DNA from: Lysobacterales bacterium
Lineage (GTDB): Bacteria > Pseudomonadota > Gammaproteobacteria > Xanthomonadales > Xanthomonadaceae
NCBI GenBank assembly: GCA_038233685.1
Contig: JBBSVH010000001.1
Location: 1-56,501, forward strand
Length of the DNA stretch: 56,501 bases
Direction: 5' to 3'
The notes under the pieces were generated by a model. The model did no database searches, was not told where the DNA came from, and was given only the letters and a program-made list of their open reading frames with translations. Below are positions 11,721 through 23,041 of the stretch, piece by piece. How positions within the stretch are numbered: position 1 is the first letter of the stretch; each line of letters opens with the position of its first letter. A program made the position numbers and the translations under genes.

Positions 11721-12613
11721 AGATCCTGTTGCTGGGAGCCAACGGCCAGGTGGGCCATGCGCTGCGCCGTGCGCTCGAACCTTTGGGCAACCTGGTCGCA
11801 GCCACGCGCACCGGCGCACTTGAAGGAACCGAGGGCTGCGAGCGCGCGGATCTGGACGACCTGGACGAGCTGCGGCGGCTCGTCCACGGCGTTGCGCCGG
11901 ACGTGATCGTGAACGCAGCGGCGTATACGGCGGTGGACCGTGCCGAGGACGAACCCGACGCCGCCTACCGCGCCAATGCCGAGGCGCCGGCGGAGCTGGC
12001 GCTGGCGTGTGCAAGCCGTGGCGCACTGCTTGTCCACTATTCGACCGACTACGTCTTCAACGGCCGGGCCACGCGGCCGTACCGGGAAAGCGATTGCACA
12101 GCGCCGCTGGGCGTTTATGGCGCCAGCAAGCTTGCAGGTGAGCAGGCGATCATCGCCAGTGGCTGCAGGCACATGATCTTCCGAACTGCATGGGTCTACG
12201 GCAGCCACGGCGGCAATTTCATGCGCACCATGTTGCGGCTTGGAGCGCAGCGCGATCAGTTGAGCGTGGTTGCCGATCAGTTCGGCACGCCGACGCCGGC
12301 CGTGCTCATCGCGGAAGTCACCAGGCGCGCGTTGCAGGCGGGTCACATGACCTCCGGCCTGTGGCACCTGACCGCAGCCGGGCAGACCAGCTGGCATGGA
12401 TTTGCGCAGGCGATTTTCGAGCAAGCCCTGGCGTGCGGAGTGATCGCGCAAGCGCCTGAAGTCCTGCCGATATCCACGTCGCAGTACCCGACGCGTGCCG
12501 AGCGGCCTGCCTACTCTTGCCTGGACACCACGTCCTTGTCCTCCGCGTTCGGCGTGGAGTTGCCGCACTGGCGCCATGCACTGAGCCAGGTGCTGTCTAC
12601 CAGGCCTGAATGA
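11717..12613 (+). CDS. rfbD: dTDP-4-dehydrorhamnose reductase
   Basis: GANGQVG, NAAAYTAVDRAE, STDYVF, YGASKLAGE, DQFGTPT. Confidence 0.95.
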   Translation: MKILLLGANGQVGHALRRALEPLGNLVAATRTGALEGTEGCERADLDDLDELRRLVHGVAPDVIVNAAAYTAVDRAEDEPDAAYRANAEAPAELALACASRGALLVHYSTDYVFNGRATRPYRESDCTAPLGVYGASKLAGEQAIIASGCRHMIFRTAWVYGSHGGNFMRTMLRLGAQRDQLSVVADQFGTPTPAVLIAEVTRRALQAGHMTSGLWHLTAAGQTSWHGFAQAIFEQALACGVIAQAPEVLPISTSQYPTRAERPAYSCLDTTSLSSAFGVELPHWRHALSQVLSTRPE

Positions 12614-12663
12614 TTCTGGCTAAACTCCGGTCACGGCCGGGGAGGTCGGCAACGGGAAAAGTC

Positions 12664-14682
12664 ATGAACAAGCGTGCAGTCATTGCAGGCGTCGTCCTGC
12701 TCGCGTGCGGCTCAGCAGCGGCCAGCGCGGGAGAGATGCTGCCGATCCAGGACTTCATCAAGCGGCCGACCTACAGCGGCGTGAAGATCTCGCCGAACGG
12801 CGACTATCTTGCGGTCACCGTCGATCAGGGCGAACAGGATATCCTGACCGTGCTGCGCACCAGCGATCTGTCGATCCTCAAGGTGAATCGGCTGCCCGAT
12901 GACAAGAGCGTTGGCGCCTTCCACTGGGTGGGTCCCGAACGCCTGATGTTCAACTCGGTCCGGAAAGTGGGCCGGTTCGCGCAGCCCTTTGCCACCGGCG
13001 AATGGTACGGAGTCAACGCTGACGGCAGCCAGGCCAGGCCGCTGGTCTTTTACGGCACGCGCGATGCGACCCAGCGGAGCAAGGCGATCGGCAACGAACG
13101 CTTCAGTCTGCTCGACACCTTGCAGGACGACCCGGACAACGTGCTGATGTCGGTGAACTATCCCCGTTCCAAGGACGGAACGGGCACCGAAGTGGTGCTG
13201 TTCGATACGGTCAGCGGCCGGCGCAAGCCACTGGCACGGGCGCCTCGGGAGGACTGCAGCATCGCTCTGGACGCGTCGAAGTCGCCGCGCTATGCAGTGT
13301 GTTACGACAGCGAAGACGAGCAAGGCAATTTCGACACCCATAACGAGCTGTATCAGCGACAGCCTGACGGCAGCTGGACTTTGATCAACAGTTCGAAGTC
13401 GACCGGGAAGATGTTGTCGGTACTCGGCAGCGCCGCGGATGGCCGGGTCTATGCCACGCAGAGTGACGGCAAGGGAACCGAGGCGCTGGGCACCATCGAT
13501 ACCGACACAGGGCAATTCAAGACGCTGTTCAAGGACCCGCTGTCCGACCCGTCGCGGTATATCACCGCGTCCGACGGCGACACCATCATCGGCGTGATGA
13601 CCGAGGCAGGTGCGCCGACCATCAAGCTGGTCGACGAATCGCACCCGGATGCCGCGGTCTATGCATCGCTTGCAGCGGCCTTCGAAGGCCAGGTGGTGGA
13701 CTTTTCCAGCGCCACCAGCGACGGCAAGACCATCATCGTGTCGGTCTACAGTGACAGCAACCCGGGTGAGCTGTATCTGTACGACCGTGACACCGGCAAG
13801 GCGCGCTTCCTGATGCGCAGCCGCGGCTGGCTGGAGCCCGAGCAGATGGCGACTGTCAAGCCGTTCAATTTCCGCAGTCGCGATGGTCTGCAGATCTACG
13901 GCTACCTGACCGTACCCAACGGCTCGGACGGCAAGAACCTTCCGATGATCGTCAATCCGCACGGCGGGCCCATGGGTCCGCGCGATGACTGGCGCTTCAA
14001 TTGGGAAACCCAGCTGCTCGCCAGTCGTGGTTACCTGGTGCTGCAGGTCAACTACCGTGGGTCAGGAGGATTTGGCAAGGCGTTCCAGGACCGGGCCTTT
14101 GGGCAGTGGGGCGACGGGATCATGAACGATGTCATCGATGCGACCCGCTGGGCGGTTGAAGCGGGATACGCGGACGAAGAGCGGATCTGCATCTATGGCG
14201 GCAGCTTCGGCGGCTATGCGGCGCTCATGGCGCCGGCGCGCGAACCGGGTCTGTACAAATGTGCATTCGGGTATGTGGGGGTGTATGACGCGCAGATCCA
14301 GATGAGCAAGAGCGACACCAGCCAGAGTGCGTCGGGCCGGCGCTACCTGACGCGTGCTTTTGGCAGCAGCCGCGCGGAGCAGGACGCCATGTCGCCGGTC
14401 AACCACGCCGGCAAGATCACCCTGCCCGTGTATCTGGCAGCCGGTGCCAGGGACCCGCGCTGCCCTCCGGAGAACACCGAGGCAATGCAGAAGGCGTTGA
14501 TCGCGGCCGGCAATCCGCCCGAAGGAGTGATCATCCAGTCAGGTGAGATGCACGGCTTCTACAAGGAAGAAAACAACCTGAAGCTGTACACCGAAATGCT
14601 CGATTTTTTTGCGCGACACATCGGCGGGACAGTCGAGGTCGGAAAACCGGAGCAGGACCGCGTCTCGGTAATAGTCGACTGA
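12664..14682 (+). CDS. Secreted S9 (prolyl oligopeptidase/acylaminoacyl peptidase) family peptidase
   Basis: Signal peptide MNKRAVIAGVVLLAC...ASA; PHGGP, NYRGS, GGSFGG nucleophile, D (RDPR) and H (EMHGF) triad; start set at ATG 12664. Confidence 0.88.
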   Translation: MNKRAVIAGVVLLACGSAAASAGEMLPIQDFIKRPTYSGVKISPNGDYLAVTVDQGEQDILTVLRTSDLSILKVNRLPDDKSVGAFHWVGPERLMFNSVRKVGRFAQPFATGEWYGVNADGSQARPLVFYGTRDATQRSKAIGNERFSLLDTLQDDPDNVLMSVNYPRSKDGTGTEVVLFDTVSGRRKPLARAPREDCSIALDASKSPRYAVCYDSEDEQGNFDTHNELYQRQPDGSWTLINSSKSTGKMLSVLGSAADGRVYATQSDGKGTEALGTIDTDTGQFKTLFKDPLSDPSRYITASDGDTIIGVMTEAGAPTIKLVDESHPDAAVYASLAAAFEGQVVDFSSATSDGKTIIVSVYSDSNPGELYLYDRDTGKARFLMRSRGWLEPEQMATVKPFNFRSRDGLQIYGYLTVPNGSDGKNLPMIVNPHGGPMGPRDDWRFNWETQLLASRGYLVLQVNYRGSGGFGKAFQDRAFGQWGDGIMNDVIDATRWAVEAGYADEERICIYGGSFGGYAALMAPAREPGLYKCAFGYVGVYDAQIQMSKSDTSQSASGRRYLTRAFGSSRAEQDAMSPVNHAGKITLPVYLAAGARDPRCPPENTEAMQKALIAAGNPPEGVIIQSGEMHGFYKEENNLKLYTEMLDFFARHIGGTVEVGKPEQDRVSVIVD

Positions 14683-14888
14683 AATAGGCATCCGCTGTAC
14701 GGTGCTTTCGCGTTGCCACCAACATGGAGCAGATGAAAACTTCGCCCCTTGCATGGGGACACGTTGCGCGGAAGTCGGTGGGGCCGACGCCTAAGCCAGC
14801 CGAGCTGGTTGCCGCCGCTCGCGCGCTGACACTTCCGGGCCGCATCGCCTTCGGGTAGCGTGTCGTCTTCTTTGATCCAGGGGCTGAC

Positions 14889-16844
14889 ATGAGCAGCACG
14901 GCGCCGCCGCAACTTACCTTCCGTGCCATTGTGCTGGCAATCGTGCTGGCCATGATCCTGGCAGCGGCCAATGCCTACCTGGGGCTTTTCGCCGGGCTGA
15001 CCATTGCCACCGCGATCCCGGCGGCGGTGGTGTCGATGGGAGTGCTGAGGCTGCTTGGCGGTGGCACAATCCTGGAAAACAATATCGTGCAGACCGGTGC
15101 GTCGGCAGGATCGTCGATTGCCGCCGGCGTGATCTTCACCATTCCGGCGCTGGTGATCCTGGGTTACTGGGACGACTTCCGGTATTCCTGGGTGCTGGCG
15201 ATCGCCGGGCTCGGCGGTTTGCTGGGGGTGCTGTTCTCGGTGCCACTGCGGCGCACGATGATCGTCGAGGACCCGCTGCCATTCCCTGAGGGCAAGGCCG
15301 CCGCCGAAGTGCTCAAGGCCGGCGACAACCCCGGCCCCGGCCTGAAGATCCTGGCGCTGTCCGCGGCGGTGGGCGCGCTGGTGAAGCTGGCGGCGGCCAG
15401 CGGCCTGCGCATGATTCCCGACAGCTGGGCCCAGGCTGCCTTCTTCGACCAAGGCCGCGGACTTGCGTACCTGGGCACCAGCCTGTCGCCCGCACTGCTG
15501 GGTGTCGGGTATATCGTCGGGCTGAACATCGGCATCGTGGTCGTGTCCGGAGCGGTCCTGTCCTGGCACATCCTGATTCCGGTCTATAACGCATTCTTCC
15601 TCGCGGGCGATCCGGTACTGGCGGCGCAGACCGCCGGAGCGGGTGCGGTCGATACGGCGTTCGCGATCTGGTCCACGAAGATCCGCTATGTCGGCGTCGG
15701 CGCAATGCTGATCGGCGGCGTGTGGACGCTGTTTTCGCTCCGCAACTCGCTGCTGTCGGGCATCCGCAGTGGCTTCGCCGCGGCGCGGCGGAACAAGGAC
15801 GAGTTCGTCGCTGAAACCGACCGCGACCTGCCGATGAAGTGGATGCTGGTGGCCCTGGTGGTCTTCATCATCCCGCTGGCGCTGCTGTACCAGGCCATCG
15901 TTGGGCAGTGGCTGGTGAGCATCCCGATGACCATCATCATGATCGTGGCCGGGTTCCTGTTCGTTTCCGTGTCGGGTTACCTGGCCGGGCTGGTGGGGTC
16001 GTCGAACAATCCGGTCTCGGGCATCACCATCGCGACCATCCTGTTCGCTTCTGTAGTGCTGGTGTTCCTGCTCGGTCGCGACTCGCCGATCGGCGCGGTG
16101 GCGGCCATCATGATCGGCGCGGTGGTGTGCTGCGCGGCGGCGGTGGGTGGCGACAACCTGCAGGACCTGAAGGCCGGGTACATCGTGGGCGCCACGCCCT
16201 GGAAGCAGCAGCTGATGTTGGCAATCGGTGCGTTTTCCTGCGCATTGATCATGGCGCCGGTGCTGAACCTGCTGGCGGCGGCCTACGGCATCGGCGCGCC
16301 CACCGCCGAACATCCGCAGTCGCTGGCGGCACCGCAGGCCACCCTGATGGCATCGGTGGCCAAAGGCATGTTCGGTGGTGAGTTGCCATGGGGGATGATT
16401 GGCATCGGAGTGGGCGTCGGGGCGCTGATCATCGCGCTGGACGAATGGCTGAAGTCGCGAGGCTCGAAATTCCGGGTGCCGGTCCTTGCCGCGGCCATCG
16501 GCATCTACCTGCCGCTCGAACTGATGGTGCCGATCTTCCTCGGCGGGCTGGTGTCCTACCTGGTGCAGCGCAAGCACAAGGTCAGCGACGACGACGAGGA
16601 AGCCAAGGATCGGATCCACCGCCCGGGCACGCTGTTCGCCGCTGGGCTGATCACCGGCGAGGCGCTGATGGGCATCGCCATTGCCGTGCCGATCGTCGTG
16701 ACCGAGAACGCCGAAGTGTTGGCCCTGCCGGCAACGTGGCACCTGGGTCAGTGGATCGGCTTGCTGGTGCTGGCCGGGGTCGGCTTGCTGCTGTACCGCA
16801 GCGGTGGCAAGGCCTCTGCAGATGAAGTGCTGCCGCAGGGCTAG
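14889..16844 (+). CDS. OPT-family oligopeptide transporter
   Basis: LTFRA, NAYLGL, ENNIVQT, FPEG, SSNNPVSG, DNLQDLKAG..GATPWKQQ, APQATLM; many TM segments. Confidence 0.92.
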   Translation: MSSTAPPQLTFRAIVLAIVLAMILAAANAYLGLFAGLTIATAIPAAVVSMGVLRLLGGGTILENNIVQTGASAGSSIAAGVIFTIPALVILGYWDDFRYSWVLAIAGLGGLLGVLFSVPLRRTMIVEDPLPFPEGKAAAEVLKAGDNPGPGLKILALSAAVGALVKLAAASGLRMIPDSWAQAAFFDQGRGLAYLGTSLSPALLGVGYIVGLNIGIVVVSGAVLSWHILIPVYNAFFLAGDPVLAAQTAGAGAVDTAFAIWSTKIRYVGVGAMLIGGVWTLFSLRNSLLSGIRSGFAAARRNKDEFVAETDRDLPMKWMLVALVVFIIPLALLYQAIVGQWLVSIPMTIIMIVAGFLFVSVSGYLAGLVGSSNNPVSGITIATILFASVVLVFLLGRDSPIGAVAAIMIGAVVCCAAAVGGDNLQDLKAGYIVGATPWKQQLMLAIGAFSCALIMAPVLNLLAAAYGIGAPTAEHPQSLAAPQATLMASVAKGMFGGELPWGMIGIGVGVGALIIALDEWLKSRGSKFRVPVLAAAIGIYLPLELMVPIFLGGLVSYLVQRKHKVSDDDEEAKDRIHRPGTLFAAGLITGEALMGIAIAVPIVVTENAEVLALPATWHLGQWIGLLVLAGVGLLLYRSGGKASADEVLPQG

Positions 16845-16929
16845 CGTCGGGTGAAATTTCCGCGCCCGGCTTTGCGTCGAGCCGGCGTTAGCGCCTAACA
16901 TCGGGGTTTACCTGTTTCTGGAGCCCCGC

Positions 16930-18999
<2,070 letters not shown>

Positions 19000-19105
19000 G
19001 CACGGACGGGCACCGGGCGGCGTGCCCGGCGCAGACAGTCGATAAGCACCGGCCCCTGTCGGGTCCGCTGCGCAAAGCCAGTGACAATATTCCGAGCCTG
19101 CACGC

Positions 19106-20356
19106 ATGCCGATCCAATCCAATGCGCTGATCACCAACGATGCCGTCGTGCTCGGGCTGCTCGCGGTAATCCTGGGCCTGGTCTTCTGGACCGCTGCGCG
19201 CCCATCAGGTTTCTGGAAAAGCTTCTACACCTACATCCCGGCGTTGCTGCTCTGCTACTTCATCCCGGCGCTGTTGAATACCTTCGGCATCATCGACGGC
19301 GAGGCATCGGGGCTGTACCCGATGGCCCGCGACTACCTGCTGCCCTCGGCGCTGGTGCTGCTGACCATCGCCATCGACTTCAAGTCCATCCTGCGCCTGG
19401 GGCCCAAGGCAGTGATCATGTTCGTCGTCGGCACCGTGGGGGTGGTGGTTGGCGCGGTGGTCGCGTTCGTCGCCATGGGCTGGCTGTGGCCCGATGCCGT
19501 GGCCGGGGAGACCTGGCGCGGCATGACTACGGTGGCCGGCAGCTGGATTGGCGGCGGTGCGAACCAGGCGGCGATGAAGGAAGTCTTTGAGGTGCCCGAC
19601 GACATGTTCGGCCAGTTCGTGGCAGTGGATGTGCTCGTAGCCAATCTATGGATGGCGGTGCTGCTGTTCCTGGCCGCGCGCGCCGAGGCGTTCGACCGCT
19701 GGACGCGCGCCGATACCTCGGCCATCGAGGATCTCAAGCGGCGAATCGAGGTCTATCAGGCCGAACATTCCCGGATTCCCGGCCTGACCGACCTGATGCT
19801 GATCCTCGCGGTGGGCCTTGGGGCGACAGGCCTTGCCCACGCGCTGGCCGATCCGCTGGTGGCCTGGATCGCGACCTTGCCGGCGTCGTGGCAGCTCGAC
19901 GACTACAGCCTCACGTCGCGATTCTTCTGGCTGGTGCTGTTCGCCACCACGCTGGGACTGGGGCTCAGCTTTACGCGGGCCCGCTCCCTCGAAGGTGCGG
20001 GAGCATCCAAGGTCGGCTCGGTGATGATCTACGTGCTGGTGGCGACCATCGGCATGCACATGGACCTGCGCGCGCTGGCCGACCGCCCCGAACTGTTCGT
20101 GCTGGGCCTGATCTGGATCGCGGTGCATGCGGCGCTGATGCTGGTCGTGGCCAAGCTGATCCGCGCGCCGCTGTTCTTCATGGCGGTGGGCTCGCAGGCC
20201 AACATCGGCGGAGCGGCCTCCGCGCCGGTGGTAGCCAGCGCCTTCCACCCCGCGCTGGCACCGGTGGGCGTGCTTCTCGCGGTCCTGGGCTATGCGCTGG
20301 GCACCTACTTCGCCTATGCCACCGGGCTGATCCTGCGGGTCATGGCCGGCGCCTGA
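19106..20356 (+). CDS. DUF819-family membrane protein (putative transporter)
   Basis: Multi-TM protein with GSWIGGGANQAAM and GSQANIGGAASAPVVA motifs recognised as DUF819. Confidence 0.8.
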   Translation: MPIQSNALITNDAVVLGLLAVILGLVFWTAARPSGFWKSFYTYIPALLLCYFIPALLNTFGIIDGEASGLYPMARDYLLPSALVLLTIAIDFKSILRLGPKAVIMFVVGTVGVVVGAVVAFVAMGWLWPDAVAGETWRGMTTVAGSWIGGGANQAAMKEVFEVPDDMFGQFVAVDVLVANLWMAVLLFLAARAEAFDRWTRADTSAIEDLKRRIEVYQAEHSRIPGLTDLMLILAVGLGATGLAHALADPLVAWIATLPASWQLDDYSLTSRFFWLVLFATTLGLGLSFTRARSLEGAGASKVGSVMIYVLVATIGMHMDLRALADRPELFVLGLIWIAVHAALMLVVAKLIRAPLFFMAVGSQANIGGAASAPVVASAFHPALAPVGVLLAVLGYALGTYFAYATGLILRVMAGA

Positions 20357-20439
20357 GGCATTGCAGCCGGTGCATCCGGTGCAGCGGCCTCATGCTCCAT
20401 CGGCCCCACGGAGGCGCGAACACCTGCCACACCCGCCCG

Positions 20440-21474
20440 CTAAAGCCATCGGGCGCGCTTGAACAGCCGGTCCAGCGCCGCGCACACCGCGACCACCACG
20501 ACGATCAGCATCGGGTACGAGTACGACCCCTGCAGCTCCGGCATGCGTTCGAAGTTCATGCCGTACCAGCTCGCGATCAAGGTCGGAGCCGCCAACAGCG
20601 CCGCCCATGCACCCAGCCGCTTCACGGTCTCGCCCTGCGCCAGCGTCACCAGCGACAGGTTCACGCTGATCGCGGTGCCCAGCATGTCGCGCAGCGTGTC
20701 GATCGATTCGTTCACCCGCAGCGCGTGGTCGTGCACGTCGCGGAAGTACAGGCGCACCTCCTCGGGGATGATCGGACTCTGGGAACGCGATAGATGCGCC
20801 AGCACGTCCTGCAGCGGCGCGACCGACAGGCGCATCCTGGTCAGTTCGCGCTTGAGGTCGTACAGCTTGAACACGGTGTCGCGGCGGAAGTCGTCGGCGA
20901 AGATATCCTGCTCCAGCGCGTCGAGCGTATCGCGGAATTCGTCGACGATCGGCCGGTAGTTGTCGACGATGAAATCGAGCACGGCGTACAGCCCGAACGA
21001 TGGCCCCATCGCCAGCAGCTCGGCTTCCCGCTGCACGCGTTCGCGCACTGGCGCGTACGACAGCGACTGGCCGTGGCGCACGGTCACCAGATAGTGCGGG
21101 CCAAGGAAGGCGTGGGTCTCGCCGTAGAGGATGTGGTCTTCGACCACCTGCGCGGTCTGCACGGCGATGAACAGGGAATTTCCGTACGCCTCCACTTTCG
21201 GGCGCTGGTGCGCGTTGTGCGCATCCTCCACCGCCAAGTCGTGCAGGTCGAACTCTTCCTGCAGCTTGTCCAGGGTGATCTCACTCGGGTCGTACAGCCC
21301 GACCCAGACAAAGCTGCCGTCGTCGCGCGCCAGCACGTCGCTGATTTCGTCCAGGGTAATGTCGCGGCGCTGGCCGCCAGCGTCGTAGACAACGCAATTC
21401 ACCACGGACGGCGGGAGGTTCGGGTCGGAACTGCTGATGGTGATGGGTGCGGCGGGTCGATCCATGGCCCGCAT
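20440..21474 (-). CDS. corA: Magnesium/cobalt transporter CorA
   Basis: FVWVGL, LHDLAVED, HQRPK, YFRDVHDH, YGMNF signature plus two C-terminal TMs; true start may be the downstream ATG. Confidence 0.92.
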   Translation of the reverse strand: MRAMDRPAAPITISSSDPNLPPSVVNCVVYDAGGQRRDITLDEISDVLARDDGSFVWVGLYDPSEITLDKLQEEFDLHDLAVEDAHNAHQRPKVEAYGNSLFIAVQTAQVVEDHILYGETHAFLGPHYLVTVRHGQSLSYAPVRERVQREAELLAMGPSFGLYAVLDFIVDNYRPIVDEFRDTLDALEQDIFADDFRRDTVFKLYDLKRELTRMRLSVAPLQDVLAHLSRSQSPIIPEEVRLYFRDVHDHALRVNESIDTLRDMLGTAISVNLSLVTLAQGETVKRLGAWAALLAAPTLIASWYGMNFERMPELQGSYSYPMLIVVVVAVCAALDRLFKRARWL

Positions 21475-21532
21475 CGTGCACCGGGGCGATGCGAAGAGGC
21501 AACCGGTGTGGTGAGCCGTACGATCAGCACAC

Positions 21533-21671
21533 TGTGGGAGCGACGTAAGTCGCGAAACTGCGTGACCCGCGGGGCCCTTCGAAAAGCATGCACGATCGGT
21601 GGACCAGGATCGCGCCTGCGGCTTTCAGTTATTGGCGGTCTTGCCTCTTCGCGACTGACGTCGCTGCGACA
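21533..21671. repeat. REP/REPIN-like inverted pair at left island border
   Basis: TGTGGGAGCGACGTAAGTCGCGA (21533-21555) and inverted, degenerate TCGCGACTGACGTCGCTGCGACA (21649-21671); same unit recurs at 33739-33761 and 50433-50506. Confidence 0.75.
21625..21665 (+). repeat. Left 41-bp direct repeat bounding the denitrification island
   Basis: TCAGTTATTGGCGGTCTTGCCTCTTCGCGACTGACGTCGCT; 40/41 identical to 33715-33755. Confidence 0.9.
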
Positions 21672-21682
21672 GTAGTGCAGAG

Positions 21683-22267
21683 CTAGCGGCTGCCCGACAG
21701 CTCTTTGCGCAACTGCGCCAGGAACTCCGGATCCAGACGCGTCCCCATCTGCTCGGTGCGCCTCACCACGCGACCTTCCGCATCCAGCAGCACCAGCGCG
21801 CTGCTATGGTTGAACTCGCCGTCGGGTAGCTCGCGATAGCGGACTCCCAGCACGGCAGCGACGCTGCGGACCTTCTCCTGGCGTGGACTGGCCAGCGACC
21901 ACCGCGAAGGCGCGAGCTTTCGCTGAGTGGCCACCTTCTCCAGCGCGGCGGGCGTATCGCGCTTCGGATCCATGCTGATCAGAAGGATGCCCAACTGCTC
22001 GCGCTCGGCCTCGGTGAGGGCACGCTCAACCGCCTTGCCGCTGTCGACGATCAACGGGCAGATGTAGGCGCAGGAGGTGTAGAACATGCCGACCAACTGC
22101 GGCTGGCCGCGCCTGCGGCTCCAGTCCCAGCGCTTGCCGGCCTGGTCGGTCAGTTCGACCTCGAGGTGGTACACCGAATCGCCCGGAAGCGGCGGTGGTG
22201 CCGCGTTGGCGCCACCCATTGCAGCGGCCAGCATCAAGCCGGAAAGCATCGCAAGCAGTCGTTTCAT
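21683..22267 (-). CDS. SCO/SenC-family copper chaperone
   Basis: Signal peptide MKRLLAML..., FYTSCAYICP (CxxxC), ISMDPKRDTP, FNHSS; ATG overlaps upstream stop (ATGA). Confidence 0.88.
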   Translation of the reverse strand: MKRLLAMLSGLMLAAAMGGANAAPPPLPGDSVYHLEVELTDQAGKRWDWSRRRGQPQLVGMFYTSCAYICPLIVDSGKAVERALTEAEREQLGILLISMDPKRDTPAALEKVATQRKLAPSRWSLASPRQEKVRSVAAVLGVRYRELPDGEFNHSSALVLLDAEGRVVRRTEQMGTRLDPEFLAQLRKELSGSR

Positions 22268-23040
22268 GGCACTTCCTTCGCGCAGCGGAATCCAAGGTTG
22301 GCGGTGGTGTTGCGACCCTCGAGCGAGGACAGCATGGCCACGCGCATCAGCACCGCATAGTGCTCGCGGTCGTCCATGGCCAACCCGCCGGCACCGCAGA
22401 ACTTCGCAGTGTCGGCGCTGCGCTGGGTGCGGTCGTCGGTGGCCACCAGCAGCGAGGAGAAATCCCCGGTCCATTCCCACACCAGGCCGTGCAGGTCCTG
22501 GACGCCGTAGACATTCGGAGTCTGCAGGCCGGCCCGCGGCAGGGCATTGCGCGAAGGAGTGGAGTACCACGCCAGGATGCGCGCGCGCCACGCCGGGTCC
22601 TTGCGCGCGTCGCGCCTGGTTTCGTCGGCCGCAGCGGCGTACTCCCATTCGCTCCACGTCGGCAGCCGCGAGCCTTTCGACTTGCAATAGGCTTCGGCGG
22701 CGAACCAGCTGACCTGCACCACGGGCTGGCCAGGCAGCGCGAGGGCGCCGAGGTTGGCTGGCCCTTCCCAGTGCGCGAGATACCGGCCTTCGGCAAACAC
22801 GCCGGGGACACGGTCGCGTCGCCACTGCGGATTGGCCTGCACGAACGACAGGTACTGCGCATTGGTCACCGGCGCGCGCATCAGCGAGAACGCAGCGACA
22901 CGCGAAACCGGCTCTTCATCCCCGTACTTGAGCGCCGAACGCAGTTCGCCACCGGGCAACCTGACGTACTGCTCCTCCGCCGCTGCGTTGTCCGCAGCGA
23001 AGGGCAGGACGATCAGCAGCAGGGCAGCGAATGGCCGCAA
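22264..23040 (-). CDS. Formylglycine-generating-enzyme-family protein (NirV-like)
   Basis: PVTNAQY, PVVQVSW, RLPTWSEWEYAA, N.YGVQDLHGLVWEW, LGFRCA; immediately downstream of nirK as for NirV. Confidence 0.85.
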   Translation of the reverse strand: MRPFAALLLIVLPFAADNAAAEEQYVRLPGGELRSALKYGDEEPVSRVAAFSLMRAPVTNAQYLSFVQANPQWRRDRVPGVFAEGRYLAHWEGPANLGALALPGQPVVQVSWFAAEAYCKSKGSRLPTWSEWEYAAAADETRRDARKDPAWRARILAWYSTPSRNALPRAGLQTPNVYGVQDLHGLVWEWTGDFSSLLVATDDRTQRSADTAKFCGAGGLAMDDREHYAVLMRVAMLSSLEGRNTTANLGFRCAKEVP

Positions 23041-23041
23041 C

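Noticed and set aside
21533-21671. CRISPR array or tRNA-derived att site
   Set aside because: No regularly spaced repeat-spacer series, no cas genes and no tRNA cloverleaf recognised; the pattern fits REP palindromes
22268-22825. Apparent N-terminal extension of SCO; similar extensions on corC (to 38363) and purK (from 48616)
   Set aside because: They overlap real upstream genes in another frame; better starts exist at the normal family N-termini
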